This document shows positions 22,732 through 32,663 of a DNA stretch of 64,000 nt, piece by piece. Position 1 is the stretch's first letter; every line of letters starts with the position of its first letter. The translations under genes were made by a program, and so were the position numbers. Source of the DNA: Schizochytrium sp. TIO01 (Eukaryota > Protista > Bigyra: Labyrinthulomycetes); NCBI GenBank assembly GCA_004764695.1, contig SMSO01000032.1:5054483-5118482 (forward strand), read 5' to 3'. A model generated the notes under the pieces. It did no database searches and was not told the DNA's origin. It saw only the letters and a list, made by a program, of their open reading frames with translations.

Positions 22732-23367
22732 CTCAGGCTACTCTGCAATAGGAAGTTTGGGGTCTCAGCAAGCGCCCTTCGGGGCTGGGCCGACGGCGGA
22801 CGCGTGCGCTTCGCGCGCTTCCCCGGAGGCAAGCGCATCTATGCCAGCGACGATGTTGAGCGCATCTTTGATTGCGGTTCCACCGGCCGCGAGCAACGCA
22901 GCTCTGGATGTACCGTTATCTACGCCAGAGTGTCCTCGGTCAAGCAAAAGGAGGACCTCGAACGCCAGGTTGGCGATCTCCAGCGCGCCTACCCAGATGC
23001 TTCCGCCGTCTACAAAGACATCGGTAGCGGGGTCAATTTCAAACGCCAAGGTCTGTGCTCCCTACTGGACGCCTGTGACCGCGGCGGAATCGGCCAAGTT
23101 GTGGTCATGCACCGCGACCGACTTGCGCGAATCGCAGTCGACCTCTTGGAACACCTTTTCGAAAGATAAAATGTCAAACTCGTGGTACACGGCCAAGATG
23201 CACATGCCGGAGACTCAGACACCTTCACCAAAGACCTCCTCGGAATCATCACCGTCTTTGTGGCATCGCATCACGGAAAACGAGCAGCGCAAAATAGACG
23301 GCGACGACGCAGCGAGGAAGAAGCGAGCTCGCACGAAGGCGCGCAAGACCATCAAGAAAGAATATAA
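22732..23367 (+). pseudogene. tnpA: IS607 TnpA (N-terminal HTH plus serine recombinase), interrupted by TAA at 23167-23169
   Basis: HTH KFGVSASALRGWADGGRVRFARFPGGKRIY, catalytic IYARVSS..QKEDLERQ, DIGSGVNFKRQGL and VVVMHRDRLARIA. It continues in frame past the stop as NVKLVV...DLLGIITVFVASHHGKRA. There is no in-frame ATG between the upstream stop (22657) and the HTH. Confidence 0.9.
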
Positions 23368-24646
23368 CCTTGTCCGTGCCAGAAAGGTTAGGGTATATCC
23401 TACTAAAGATCAACGTACACAGTTGCTTAAATGGTTTGGTGTCACTAGAAGAGCCTACAATATTGGCGTTGCGTTTCACCGAGACATGGCGAAGGGCGAG
23501 AAAGAAGCCATCAAATTGCACCAAGAAATGTGTATTATAAAGGATCCCAAGACGAAGCAGGTTTTGGTAGATGAAGATGGGAATCCAAAAACACATGGGG
23601 CACTTGGTGGAGAACTGAAGGCCGTCCGATATAAAGAAAAGAATCCTACTCTTACATGGGTGCTCGATGTCCCCCAGGCTATCCGTGATTCCGGGATTCG
23701 GGATTTCTTCAAGGCTCTTAACTCGGGACGAGCCAAAAACGAAGAACTCGCTGCACAAAAGAAAGTTCACGAGCAATCTTTTTATAAGTTTCGGACCAAG
23801 CGTGACGAATCACAGATTTTCGAAGTGAATGCACGTACCTGGAATGCGAAGAAATCAAAGACCTCCAACTTTCTAAAAGAATTCCGAATGCGTAAAGAAA
23901 AGTTCCCCGACCAGATTTCGAACGCCATGCGTGTGCAAATGAATCGCCTTGGGCATGTCTACTTCTGCTTCTTACGAGAAGAAAAAAAGCGTCCAATGGA
24001 CCAGGCACCCAAGGCGCACCATGGTGTCATTGCTCTAGACCCGGGTGTTCGCTCGTTTCAGACGATGTATGACGCCGATGGCCGCGCCATTGAATGGGGC
24101 ACAGGGAAAGATTTTAGAACCATATTCTATCTCTGTCGCCGCGTTGATAAGATCCAAAGCAGCATTGATAAAAAGAAAACTGCATCCAGTGATAAAGACA
24201 ATTTCAACACCCCCTTGAAGCGCGCCTTCTATCGCGCCCAACTCAAGATCAAGAACAAGATCACTGAGATTCACCGCAAGCTCGCGCTTTGGCTTTGTGA
24301 AAACTATCGTGTTATTCTCTTGCCCAAGTTCGAAACCTCTAAGATGAGCAGGAGGATGGAGCGACGGATCTCCAAGAAGTCTGTTCGAATGATGTGTCGT
24401 TGGTCCCATTTTGGGTTCCGCCAGGCTCTCATTCATAAGGCTGAGATGTTCCCGTGGTGCAAGCTTGTTCTTTGCCAAGAAAGTTACACTTCCAAAACAT
24501 GCAATGAGTGTGGTACCCTCCACCATAACCTCGGGGCATCCAAGATTTTCCAATGCCCTAATCCCAAGTGCAACCATGTAGCAGACCGTGATGTCCATGC
24601 CGCAAGAGGCATCCTTTTACGCTACCTATCCAAGGACATGATTTAA
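22841..24646 (+). CDS. tnpB: Fanzor2 / IS607 TnpB-like RNA-guided endonuclease (frame open from 22649; first ATG 22841, alternative ATG 23171)
   Basis: OrfB-type HTH RARKVRVYPTKDQRTQLLKWFGVTRRAYN. RuvC-I VIALDPGVRSF (Asp at 24038). ILLPKFE at the canonical RuvC-II site, with the alternative Glu in CQESYTSKTC (24479). Zinc finger CNEC...CPNPKC. RuvC-III DRDVHAARGI (Asp at 24590). Basic NLS-like ARKKRARTKARK. Confidence 0.92.
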   Translation: MPATMLSASLIAVPPAASNAALDVPLSTPECPRSSKRRTSNARLAISSAPTQMLPPSTKTSVAGSISNAKVCAPYWTPVTAAESAKLWSCTATDLRESQSTSWNTFSKDKMSNSWYTAKMHMPETQTPSPKTSSESSPSLWHRITENEQRKIDGDDAARKKRARTKARKTIKKEYNLVRARKVRVYPTKDQRTQLLKWFGVTRRAYNIGVAFHRDMAKGEKEAIKLHQEMCIIKDPKTKQVLVDEDGNPKTHGALGGELKAVRYKEKNPTLTWVLDVPQAIRDSGIRDFFKALNSGRAKNEELAAQKKVHEQSFYKFRTKRDESQIFEVNARTWNAKKSKTSNFLKEFRMRKEKFPDQISNAMRVQMNRLGHVYFCFLREEKKRPMDQAPKAHHGVIALDPGVRSFQTMYDADGRAIEWGTGKDFRTIFYLCRRVDKIQSSIDKKKTASSDKDNFNTPLKRAFYRAQLKIKNKITEIHRKLALWLCENYRVILLPKFETSKMSRRMERRISKKSVRMMCRWSHFGFRQALIHKAEMFPWCKLVLCQESYTSKTCNECGTLHHNLGASKIFQCPNPKCNHVADRDVHAARGILLRYLSKDMI

Positions 24647-24775
24647 AAAAAATCATTTCATTGAGTCGCGGGTTAGTCTAACTAATCCGCGATCGGGTCT
24701 TAGACCTGCTATGAAATGCAAGTTTTGCAAATTTTGTAGTTTAAAATCTAAGAGAGCGAATAATACAGAGACCAT
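24647..24775 (+). ncRNA. Candidate omegaRNA (right-end RNA) scaffold plus flanking guide
   Basis: Immediately after the Fanzor stop, an outer stem CATTTCAT (24654-61)/ATGAAATG (24711-18) encloses two hairpins: TCGCGGGTTAGT-CTA-ACTAATCCGCGA (24666-92) and CGGGTC-TTA-GACCTG (24694-708). This is where TnpB/Fanzor omegaRNAs are encoded. RNA ends are inferred. Confidence 0.65.
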
Positions 24776-25993
24776 CAACGAATGCCCTTCCTTCACTCAT
24801 CCATTAGCTCCGCAGCGGCGAGGGAGGTCTCACAATTGCAAAAGAAGAACCTTGCACACGTGGGCATCTTGCCCAGATCTTCATTCGTTTGCTTGCTTAT
24901 CGCTGCGACTTCAGGTCCCTGTTTGGTGGCCAGTCTCGAAGTGAGGCTGTTGCAGTCTGCCTAACAAGGTGCTATGGACTCCTACTGCTTCGAGGAGGAG
25001 CTGTAACCCAATTCTGAGCTGTGAACCAAAGCCTTTTCAGGAGTCTGCAATGACGGTGGTTCATGAGGAGCTCAGACAATAGAGGCATCGGGCGCTGGGC
25101 CAAGCCTGGGCTGCCTCTCTTCGCAGCGCCGAGTGGTCTCTTCGCTGGCGCATGATAAAGTCTTTCGCTGCGTGCTTTACAACTACAGGTGTGCTTTGCT
25201 CATAATTATTGGCATACCTAACTTAGAACTTTACTTTTGTTTGTTTATTTGTTTGGTAAAGAAAAGTTTACGTTTGTAAAGCATACTATTATTGGCTCTA
25301 GGAGCCGCCTAGCGTTTTCTAGGCTCCCGGTTTCGCTCTTTCTTAGTTTGATCAGAATGAAATGATGCTTTGGTTTGGATTGTAGACAAGTAAGTTTAAG
25401 CAATCTGAACAAATGGAAGAAATTATGGTTCTCTATTGAAGGGGGAAAATACTTCACTTGCGGGAGCTGAATAGTTCACTTGTGGAGGGAAGAGGCGACT
25501 GTTAGGGCTTGAGAGGAACGAATCCAGAGCATCCACTCTTATGCTCCGCGCACGCGTAATTCAGCCCAGACTCTAGAGAAGACACCGAGGAAGCTCAAGA
25601 GAGCACTAATCGTGGGCTGTTTGGTCTTTATGAGATGTTAGTTATGAAGTGGAAGGCGGAGGAGTTCCTGAAAAACCAGATATGAATTGCTTTGGTTGAC
25701 CAAATAGGTACATAACGAAAATCCATAAGTCGAACAAAGGAATTTTGTAAGTGAAGTATATGGAACTCACAAGTGAGACAAACATTTATTATCCATAGTA
25801 ATGGTTATCTCTGTAAATGGGTTATAGAGAACTATACAGGGCGCGATTCCGGCGTATAACTGATTTTTCAAGATAACATGAACAGCAAATTGAAGAGCGC
25901 AAAACATCATCGCGGCGCGAGCAAGTGCTCTGCGCGCGACCAAAACACCTGAGGGATTGCGTGAGATTTAAACCCTTCAAAGTGCCTGCGACC

Positions 25994-28429
25994 ATGGACA
26001 ACGACATGGAATACTACGGGTCGGCCTCCCAGGCAGCGTCAGACTCGCCGTCAGATGTGCTGCGAGACCTCTTGGCGGCTAGTAGTGGGCGTAACGACAG
26101 CGGCTCAGCCGGTGCTGGTGAGACTAGCGATGTTGAGCTCGAATTAGAGCACTGGGAGAGATTTGTGGAAGCTTTGGATACGAGGGCGAATGCCACCAAA
26201 AAAGCTGTCCAAAATGTGCTTGTGGGACACCACCCTGAATTTGCAGACACCTTTTCTTGCTCGCAAGAAGTTGGAGCCCAAGTAGGCAAGCTTCGCGAGG
26301 ATTTGCGACAGGCTATGGACGAGGCATCATCCGAAGAGTCCTTTCAGGGAGCTGGCGTTCTTTTCTTGGAGGAGAAAAATCGCATTCGAGGCCAGCTGCA
26401 AAGACTCAGTGGACTCATCGAAACTCTTGAAGAAATGCAAGCTGTGCAAGCTTCACTTGATCTTGTGGACAATGCTATTGATGCAGGTTCTCTTGCAGAC
26501 GCAGGAAGTGGACTCCGCTCTGCAGAGGATAGTCTGGATAGTATGGTGCGTGGAGGCGGCAACTTCGTGGACTCAAAAGTCAGTAGGGCCGTGAGAGTTC
26601 TTGTACGAAGGAAAAAAGCCAAGCTTCAAGCTGCTGCAGAAGCCCTCGTTCGAGCAAGCCTGCGCATAACCGAACGCACGATTAGTGTATCTTCAGTTCG
26701 AGGTGCATTCAAAATCCAAGAGGCATTTGCAGCACTCGATGCACTTGGCACGCTGCGCGCACTAGCTCGGAAAGAGATCGGCGGTCCTTTGCTTCAACTC
26801 GTTCTCAGACCCATCGTAGCAGATGGCACTCTGAACTCTACAACCTCACAGACTGACCGAAGCATAGAGATATTCTTTGCAAAATCAACGCAGACCGAAG
26901 AAGCACGTGCTGCGTCGCCTCGTAGCCACGACATGGAGCTCCGACTCGAACGTGTCTTCGAGCACGTGCTGGAGACTCTTCGTTTTATTGATGCAAATGT
27001 CTTTGGCGGCAACGTCGAATGGATGGCTTTACTTTCTGACAGTGTCTGGGGCCAAGCTGACCCAGATGGTCCTGGTGGATTGGCAGCTTTGCTTCGTGAA
27101 ACCCTCGTCAATGCTTTGCCTGAAGATCCGTCACTCCTTGCCTCATACCAGGGTCTGGCACTCTCTGCGAAAGAACTCGAAGACGTTTTAGACGAAATGG
27201 GACTTGCCGGAAACGGCCAACGCCCGTTATTGGCCTATCTAAATGATCTCCACGGTCACCTTGCAAAGAAACGTCGTTCATATTACCTTGAGAAGGCGAG
27301 AACTTATATGTTGGAGGAGTACAGCACTGCAGAAAGATCTTTGGACGAAGAACCGGAGTCTGAACTTTTTGAACTCTTAGAGAGGCTTAGTGAAACTGGA
27401 GATCAGGGTCCTGGTGTGTTTCGGGTGCCTGATATGAAGGTAACACAGTGTGCAAAGTCTGTCCTTCGCCTATGCTACCAATGTCTTGAAGAAGCAGTTC
27501 GCACGGGAGGTAGCTCGGAAACTGAAGAGGGGACCTCTCTTTCGTCAGTATTGGTGCACACGTGCCGTGATATGATCGAACTTTTCAGGATTCTTGTCCC
27601 GGCAAGACATAAACGTGCCCTGTCAGATTCCAGCAATGGCCGCCTGGCTTTGCTCCTGCACAACGATTGTATATTCATTAGCTGTCACTTGGTTGTTATT
27701 GGGTTTGTCTACAGACACAGGCTTCCTGGCAAGATGCACGAGGCCTTTCTTACTGTAGATCTTGTCCCTAGTTTACGTGAACTATCAGCAACACAGCTCA
27801 ATACACAACTTCGTCTCCAATCCGAGCGTTTGGTACGGGAGAATTTTACGGATTCTGCGCCCTCTTCACCATCCTCGCCTCTTTCAAGCAGCAATCCTGC
27901 AAAAGGAAAGCTTCAAACCCCAGTGGATACGATTGCAGAGCGTCTCGAGGCGTGCCAGCGTGGCATTCAGGAGCTCGCCTCTGAGTTTGATGAGATCCTT
28001 GAGGTCGATCTTGCCGCTCAAAGTTTAGCATCTGTTGTGAATAGTGTTGTGGAGGGCTTCCTCTCTTTTGTGGGAAGTAACTTGGCATCGTCTCGAGCGG
28101 CAGCTGCGCGCGCCTCACCCGATTCAGATTTGACCCTCTCTTCAAACGAGATCAGCTCTCTTCGTGAAAGTCTGCAATCTTTCAAGGATGTTGTGTCTAG
28201 GGAGGTTTTGCAGCGCCTGCGTCATCAGAAGGACCGCAATGAAATTGATCACGTTTGTCCTGGTATTCTAGTCCTCACCCAAATCAGTGCATGCTTAGAG
28301 CGGTTTTTGTCTATTCATATTTTTCAAGATAAAGTCAAGGCTGGCGCACTTGCAGCCCTGAATTCCCGCCAGGTCCGCGGCCTCACGACTTTCTTGTTCC
28401 CTTCTGATTCTCCTCTAGATGCGCATTAA
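25994..28429 (+). CDS. ZW10: Centromere/kinetochore and ER-tether protein ZW10 homolog
   Basis: About 811 aa helical protein with ZW10-like LLHNDCIFISCHL, RDMIELFR..VP..H and C-terminal VRGL..FLF. The likely start is MDNDMEY at 25994. Confidence 0.8.
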   Translation: MDNDMEYYGSASQAASDSPSDVLRDLLAASSGRNDSGSAGAGETSDVELELEHWERFVEALDTRANATKKAVQNVLVGHHPEFADTFSCSQEVGAQVGKLREDLRQAMDEASSEESFQGAGVLFLEEKNRIRGQLQRLSGLIETLEEMQAVQASLDLVDNAIDAGSLADAGSGLRSAEDSLDSMVRGGGNFVDSKVSRAVRVLVRRKKAKLQAAAEALVRASLRITERTISVSSVRGAFKIQEAFAALDALGTLRALARKEIGGPLLQLVLRPIVADGTLNSTTSQTDRSIEIFFAKSTQTEEARAASPRSHDMELRLERVFEHVLETLRFIDANVFGGNVEWMALLSDSVWGQADPDGPGGLAALLRETLVNALPEDPSLLASYQGLALSAKELEDVLDEMGLAGNGQRPLLAYLNDLHGHLAKKRRSYYLEKARTYMLEEYSTAERSLDEEPESELFELLERLSETGDQGPGVFRVPDMKVTQCAKSVLRLCYQCLEEAVRTGGSSETEEGTSLSSVLVHTCRDMIELFRILVPARHKRALSDSSNGRLALLLHNDCIFISCHLVVIGFVYRHRLPGKMHEAFLTVDLVPSLRELSATQLNTQLRLQSERLVRENFTDSAPSSPSSPLSSSNPAKGKLQTPVDTIAERLEACQRGIQELASEFDEILEVDLAAQSLASVVNSVVEGFLSFVGSNLASSRAAAARASPDSDLTLSSNEISSLRESLQSFKDVVSREVLQRLRHQKDRNEIDHVCPGILVLTQISACLERFLSIHIFQDKVKAGALAALNSRQVRGLTTFLFPSDSPLDAH

Positions 28430-28868
28430 ATTCATCACTGTTCACCGAATAACCCACCCTAGCGAAAAACGTTCGGATTCTTTGGAACTGGTTCACAGAA
28501 GAGGCGACCTTCATCACGAAGAAGCTGCCTCAATTTTTCTTTGCCTTGGGCTGAATTCTTACCATTTAGAACATCGTTTTTGCGTATCATACTACCGTTC
28601 CCAAAATTGCTAAATAAACCATTTCGTATTAGCTTTGATGGTGTGCTCTTCTTTTTAAAGAAGATGGCGTTTTTGATGTTTTCATGTCTGGACTAGAAAA
28701 GGGCATTGCAACTCTTTCAAGGTTCAATCATCTTCGTTTTCAATGAGGTAATGTGAAAAATGTTTAGGAGGGTGCATTATCAAGGGGCTAACGCAGACTA
28801 ATATTACTGCTGGAAAAGATCCAATAGACGTGTGTGATGTGTCACAGCCATAGAATGACATGTTCCAC

Positions 28869-30129
28869 TCACTGCTGGAAGGAGATCGAATACGAGCCAG
28901 TGCTGGGATCCTGAACAGCCTTAAAGTTGTCAAGACTCAAACCAAACTTGCCCAAAACTGTGTTACCCAGATCCTTGAGTTTTCCCATCATCTCTTCTTT
29001 AAGTTTTTCATTCTTTTCCTTTACAGCGGCATCAACACGCTTCTGCTCAAGAACACCTGTACGAAACGAGGGGTCGATTTCCACGACTTGGTTAAGATCT
29101 GTGAGAGCATCGTCAAGTTGATCCATTTCCTCATAAATCTTTGCACGGCGCATATAAGCCTTAATGTATCGTGGATCAAGTTCAATAGCGTCTGAGCAGT
29201 CATCAAGGGCATCCTCGGTACGATCAAGGTGCAACAGACAAGCAGCGCGATTGTTCAAAAAGATAGCCTTGTTCGCCTTAAAGGTCTCCGTTTCAGGTGC
29301 ATACTCGAGAGCCTCTGTATAAACATCAATCGCCTCCAGGTATTGCTTCCGCTTGAACAAGTTGTTGCCTTCCTCTTTAAGCTCATTTGCGCGCACACCA
29401 TTCTTCTCCACTAGACGGACTGATCCCGGATGGTTGACGTACTACGAGTATTAAAATGGTCGCCAATATGAGAAATATGTAAATTGTCAGTATTCAGGAA
29501 ACTCATATTATGCCGTCCTCTCGGAAGGCTTTCACAAATGTTTAAAAGGTGCCCAAAGTAAGCCAACTTACTGTTTCCAAATGGCGTTCCGGTATTTTAG
29601 TGTCACCAAGGTTTGCTGGATGAATTCTGTTTTACGAACATCACGCAGGACTGCCACGTCAGTCATTTCTGAAATCAGAAACGATATATCAATCGTCTTT
29701 GCACAATTAATTCTGTACGCTCAACCTTCTTCTTAAATGCCCTTTGCTACAAAGCTCAGGCTTGGAGCTGCTTTTCGTGTAATAAAATTGCTCCATGCTG
29801 GCTCACTTGCAAAAAAGTCAAAATCTCCCATGCCACGTCGCTTTTGCTAATCTTTGACATTCTTGTCACGATTTCAATCGACATAAATAACCATATTCCC
29901 TTTCTGCCCATGGTTTCTCTCCGCCCTTCGGATCCCAGAGGTAGTCTACATACGATCCCTTCCGAGCAAGCGACGCTCAGAGCACTTTCGTCGATTGACC
30001 ATGCACTTACTTTTCGATAGAGATGTTTTCGGTGGGCTTTTCTGCCGGCTGCACCTCAACCTCCTCCTCCTCCTCCTCGAGGACGTTGTCCTCTTCGTCC
30101 GAAGACGGTAATATCTCGATCTCAGGCAT
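28869..30129 (-). CDS. TTC1: Tetratricopeptide repeat protein 1 (spliced); acidic first exon 30129-30011, main exon about 29440-28869
   Basis: Three TPRs (ANELKEEGNNLFK, FLNNRAAC, YIKAYMRRA) and the diagnostic C-terminus KEEMMGKLKDLGNTVLGKFGLSLDNF..VQDP.TGSYSISF. Exon 1, MPEIEILPSSDEED..., ends at a GTAAG donor. The internal exon structure is not resolved. Confidence 0.9.
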
Positions 30130-30685
30130 CTTGCTCAAATTCCAATCGCAAGCCCTTTTCTCCTTCGCTTTCTTCTATTCGGGTCTGGATCACCGACTTT
30201 CTTCTTCTCTCTGTTTTCGTCTTCTTTTTCTCTTCTGTTGTTCTGCTTTTATTCTTCTTCTTTAAACACATCTAGGCCTAGTGTATTGCCTAGTGTCTAC
30301 CTATTAGGGTAAAAACAGCGAATAGACGTTTAATTTATTTTACTTGCAGAACATCGATCAAGCCTTGTAAGACATGTTCACGTAAACTGTGACTCTCACG
30401 CTCGAAAGATTGTATCCAAGCCTGCCTTTTCAGCTCTGGCAGCAACAAAATTTGACGGATTTTGTTTGGGTTGGCGTTCGTTTCTTGCGAGATTGAACTT
30501 TCTTGGCTTTCGATTTTATTTCGTTGATTGTTTGTTCTTCTAGACGGATATAATCATCATAATAAAAATGAAAATATCGAGCTCACGAAGAAACACGAAG
30601 AGGCAATCAAATCCTTAAATAGGATCCCTGGAAACCTCGATTCCAATCCGGAGACGAGACTTCGAAGAGACTCGCGGTGCTAAAG

Positions 30686-32158
30686 ATGACTCTGGAGGAC
30701 TGGCCTCTCTTCCGCCAGACCGGGTGGGCGCCACCCGATGGCGTGAACTATCTTGCTTTGGGCCTCGGCTTCATCGTGGCAGAACAGACGCTGGAAATCG
30801 TGCTTTCTCTGCGCCAACGAGGCTATTTGAAGCGCGACAAGCTTCCGGAGAAGCTCGAAAATGAGGTTCGTGCCATCGACGACGCTGCTGCACCTGAAAA
30901 GGCTGCTGAGGCACCCAAGGTCCAAGATATGGGCCGCGAAGAAAAAGACGCTGCACCCAAGACTCTCTTGGAGCAGCTGCGCGCTAAGTTTCACAAGTCT
31001 CAGGCATACAATTTGGATAAGAACACACTCTCCTTCGTTAAGATGGCCTATGGAGTCGTCTTAAGCGCAGGTATGCTGCTTAGTGGCTTTCACGTCTGGC
31101 TTTGGGACCAGTCTGAGAACGCCGCAGCTAGCATCTTTGGTGTGGACCCTGCTTCTAGTGAGCTCCTTGTCGGTAGCTTGTTCTTGCTCAGTCAGAGTAT
31201 CGTTGGATCTGTCATGTCGCTCCCGCTCTCAATTTACAGCACGTTCTGGGTTGAGGCAAAACACGGTTTTAACAAGACTACCCCTGGACTTTACATTAGC
31301 GACCTGTTCAAGAGCCTTACTATCGAGAACCTTATTGTTATTCCACTTATGGCTGGTATTGTCAAGCTTGTGCGCTGGGGTGGAGAGTACTTTTGGTTTT
31401 ATGTATGGGGCTTGTTGGTCTGTTTTTCTATGGTTATGATCACCGTGTACCCCAACTTTATCATGCCTCTCTTCAATGAGTACAAGCCTCTTCCTGATGG
31501 CGAGCTCAAGTCCGCAATCGAGGCATTGGCTAAGCAGCTCAAGTTCCCTCTCACCAAGCTTTACGAAGTGGATGGAAGTAAGCGCTCCAGCCACTCTAAC
31601 GCTTATCTGTACGGATTCCTCCGTGACAAGCGCATTGTGCTCTATGATACGCTGCTCCGAAACAAGGAAGAGCCTGCTCTCGAATGCACCACCGAGGAAA
31701 TCACAAGTATCCTTGCCCATGAGCTTGGCCACTGGAGTATGAGCCACACAGTTAAGGGTTTTGTTCTACAGAATGTCGTCTATTTGGTTGCCTTTTATCT
31801 CTTCGGCAAATTTCTCCATGATCCTGACATGTACCGTTCCTTCGGTTTTGTGCAACAACCTGTTTTGATTGGTCTCAACTTGTTCTCTTACATTATGGCT
31901 CCTCTGGGAACTGTGTTGACCTTTGTTGTGAACGCCATGACTCGTAAGTTTGAGTATGAGGCTGATGCCTTTGCTGTCAAACTGGATAAGCTTGAGGGTC
32001 TCAAGTCTGGTCTTTGCAAGATTTCTATTGCCAATCTTGCCTCTTTTGACCATGACCCGCTCTACCACGCCATGCACCATTCCCACCCATCTCTCATTGA
32101 TCGTCTCCGTGCCATGGATCGTGTAGCATACGAAATGCCCAAGAAGAAGTCTCAGTAA
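30686..32158 (+). CDS. STE24: CAAX prenyl protease 1 (peptidase M48)
   Basis: EAKHGFNK, VDGSKRSSHSNAY, KRIVLYDTL, zinc motif HELGHW, EYEADAFA and HHSHP.L.DRL. Confidence 0.97.
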   Translation: MTLEDWPLFRQTGWAPPDGVNYLALGLGFIVAEQTLEIVLSLRQRGYLKRDKLPEKLENEVRAIDDAAAPEKAAEAPKVQDMGREEKDAAPKTLLEQLRAKFHKSQAYNLDKNTLSFVKMAYGVVLSAGMLLSGFHVWLWDQSENAAASIFGVDPASSELLVGSLFLLSQSIVGSVMSLPLSIYSTFWVEAKHGFNKTTPGLYISDLFKSLTIENLIVIPLMAGIVKLVRWGGEYFWFYVWGLLVCFSMVMITVYPNFIMPLFNEYKPLPDGELKSAIEALAKQLKFPLTKLYEVDGSKRSSHSNAYLYGFLRDKRIVLYDTLLRNKEEPALECTTEEITSILAHELGHWSMSHTVKGFVLQNVVYLVAFYLFGKFLHDPDMYRSFGFVQQPVLIGLNLFSYIMAPLGTVLTFVVNAMTRKFEYEADAFAVKLDKLEGLKSGLCKISIANLASFDHDPLYHAMHHSHPSLIDRLRAMDRVAYEMPKKKSQ

Positions 32159-32663
32159 ACAAACGGCTCAGTTGCACGAGTCTTTAAATAAAGCCTATCA
32201 TGTTTCGGGCCGTGCCTTCATTTCTATCACTGCTCTGTCACACTCTTATGATCTTCAAACTCCAAATTATTTTTGCTTTTTCTTATCGTTTGACATTTTT
32301 GTTAAGTTATCTCATCGTACAACGCACTATCACCATTAAAATAAAAAAAAAGTACAATATTCCAAGAATTAGCATTGCGGTACTGCATGTACACCTCTTA
32401 GAAACAGCTTGCTCCAGGGTAATGTATCTAAGTCTGCTTGGAATTTTACCCAAGCAAAAGTATCAATAGTGCCTTTGAGTGGTCCAGCTTGTATAAATTC
32501 ATTCTTGACCTTAAAATACAAAGTAAGTAGGTAAGACTAGCCGCATATAGCAGTGCCTACCTGTTTGTAGCTTATACTTCAAACAGTCTTTCTCTGATAA
32601 AGGAAAGCGCCAAAACTCGAACCACATGACAGTTCGTTGTCTCTAAGTTTGCAGGGTGTGCAG

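Larger units (their letters stand above)
22575..24752 (+). mobile_element. IS607-family element (TnpA serine recombinase plus Fanzor2/TnpB); boundaries approximate
   Basis: Overlapping tnpA and tnpB-like frames in the canonical IS607 order, a structured 3' region and three contiguous 9-bp imperfect repeats at 24717-24743. The left end is not resolved and could lie as far left as about 22370. Confidence 0.88.

Noticed and set aside
24780-25160. GC-richer stretch downstream of the Fanzor element
   Set aside because: The frames I read were short or interrupted and showed no recognisable homology, so it cannot be called cargo or a pseudogene.
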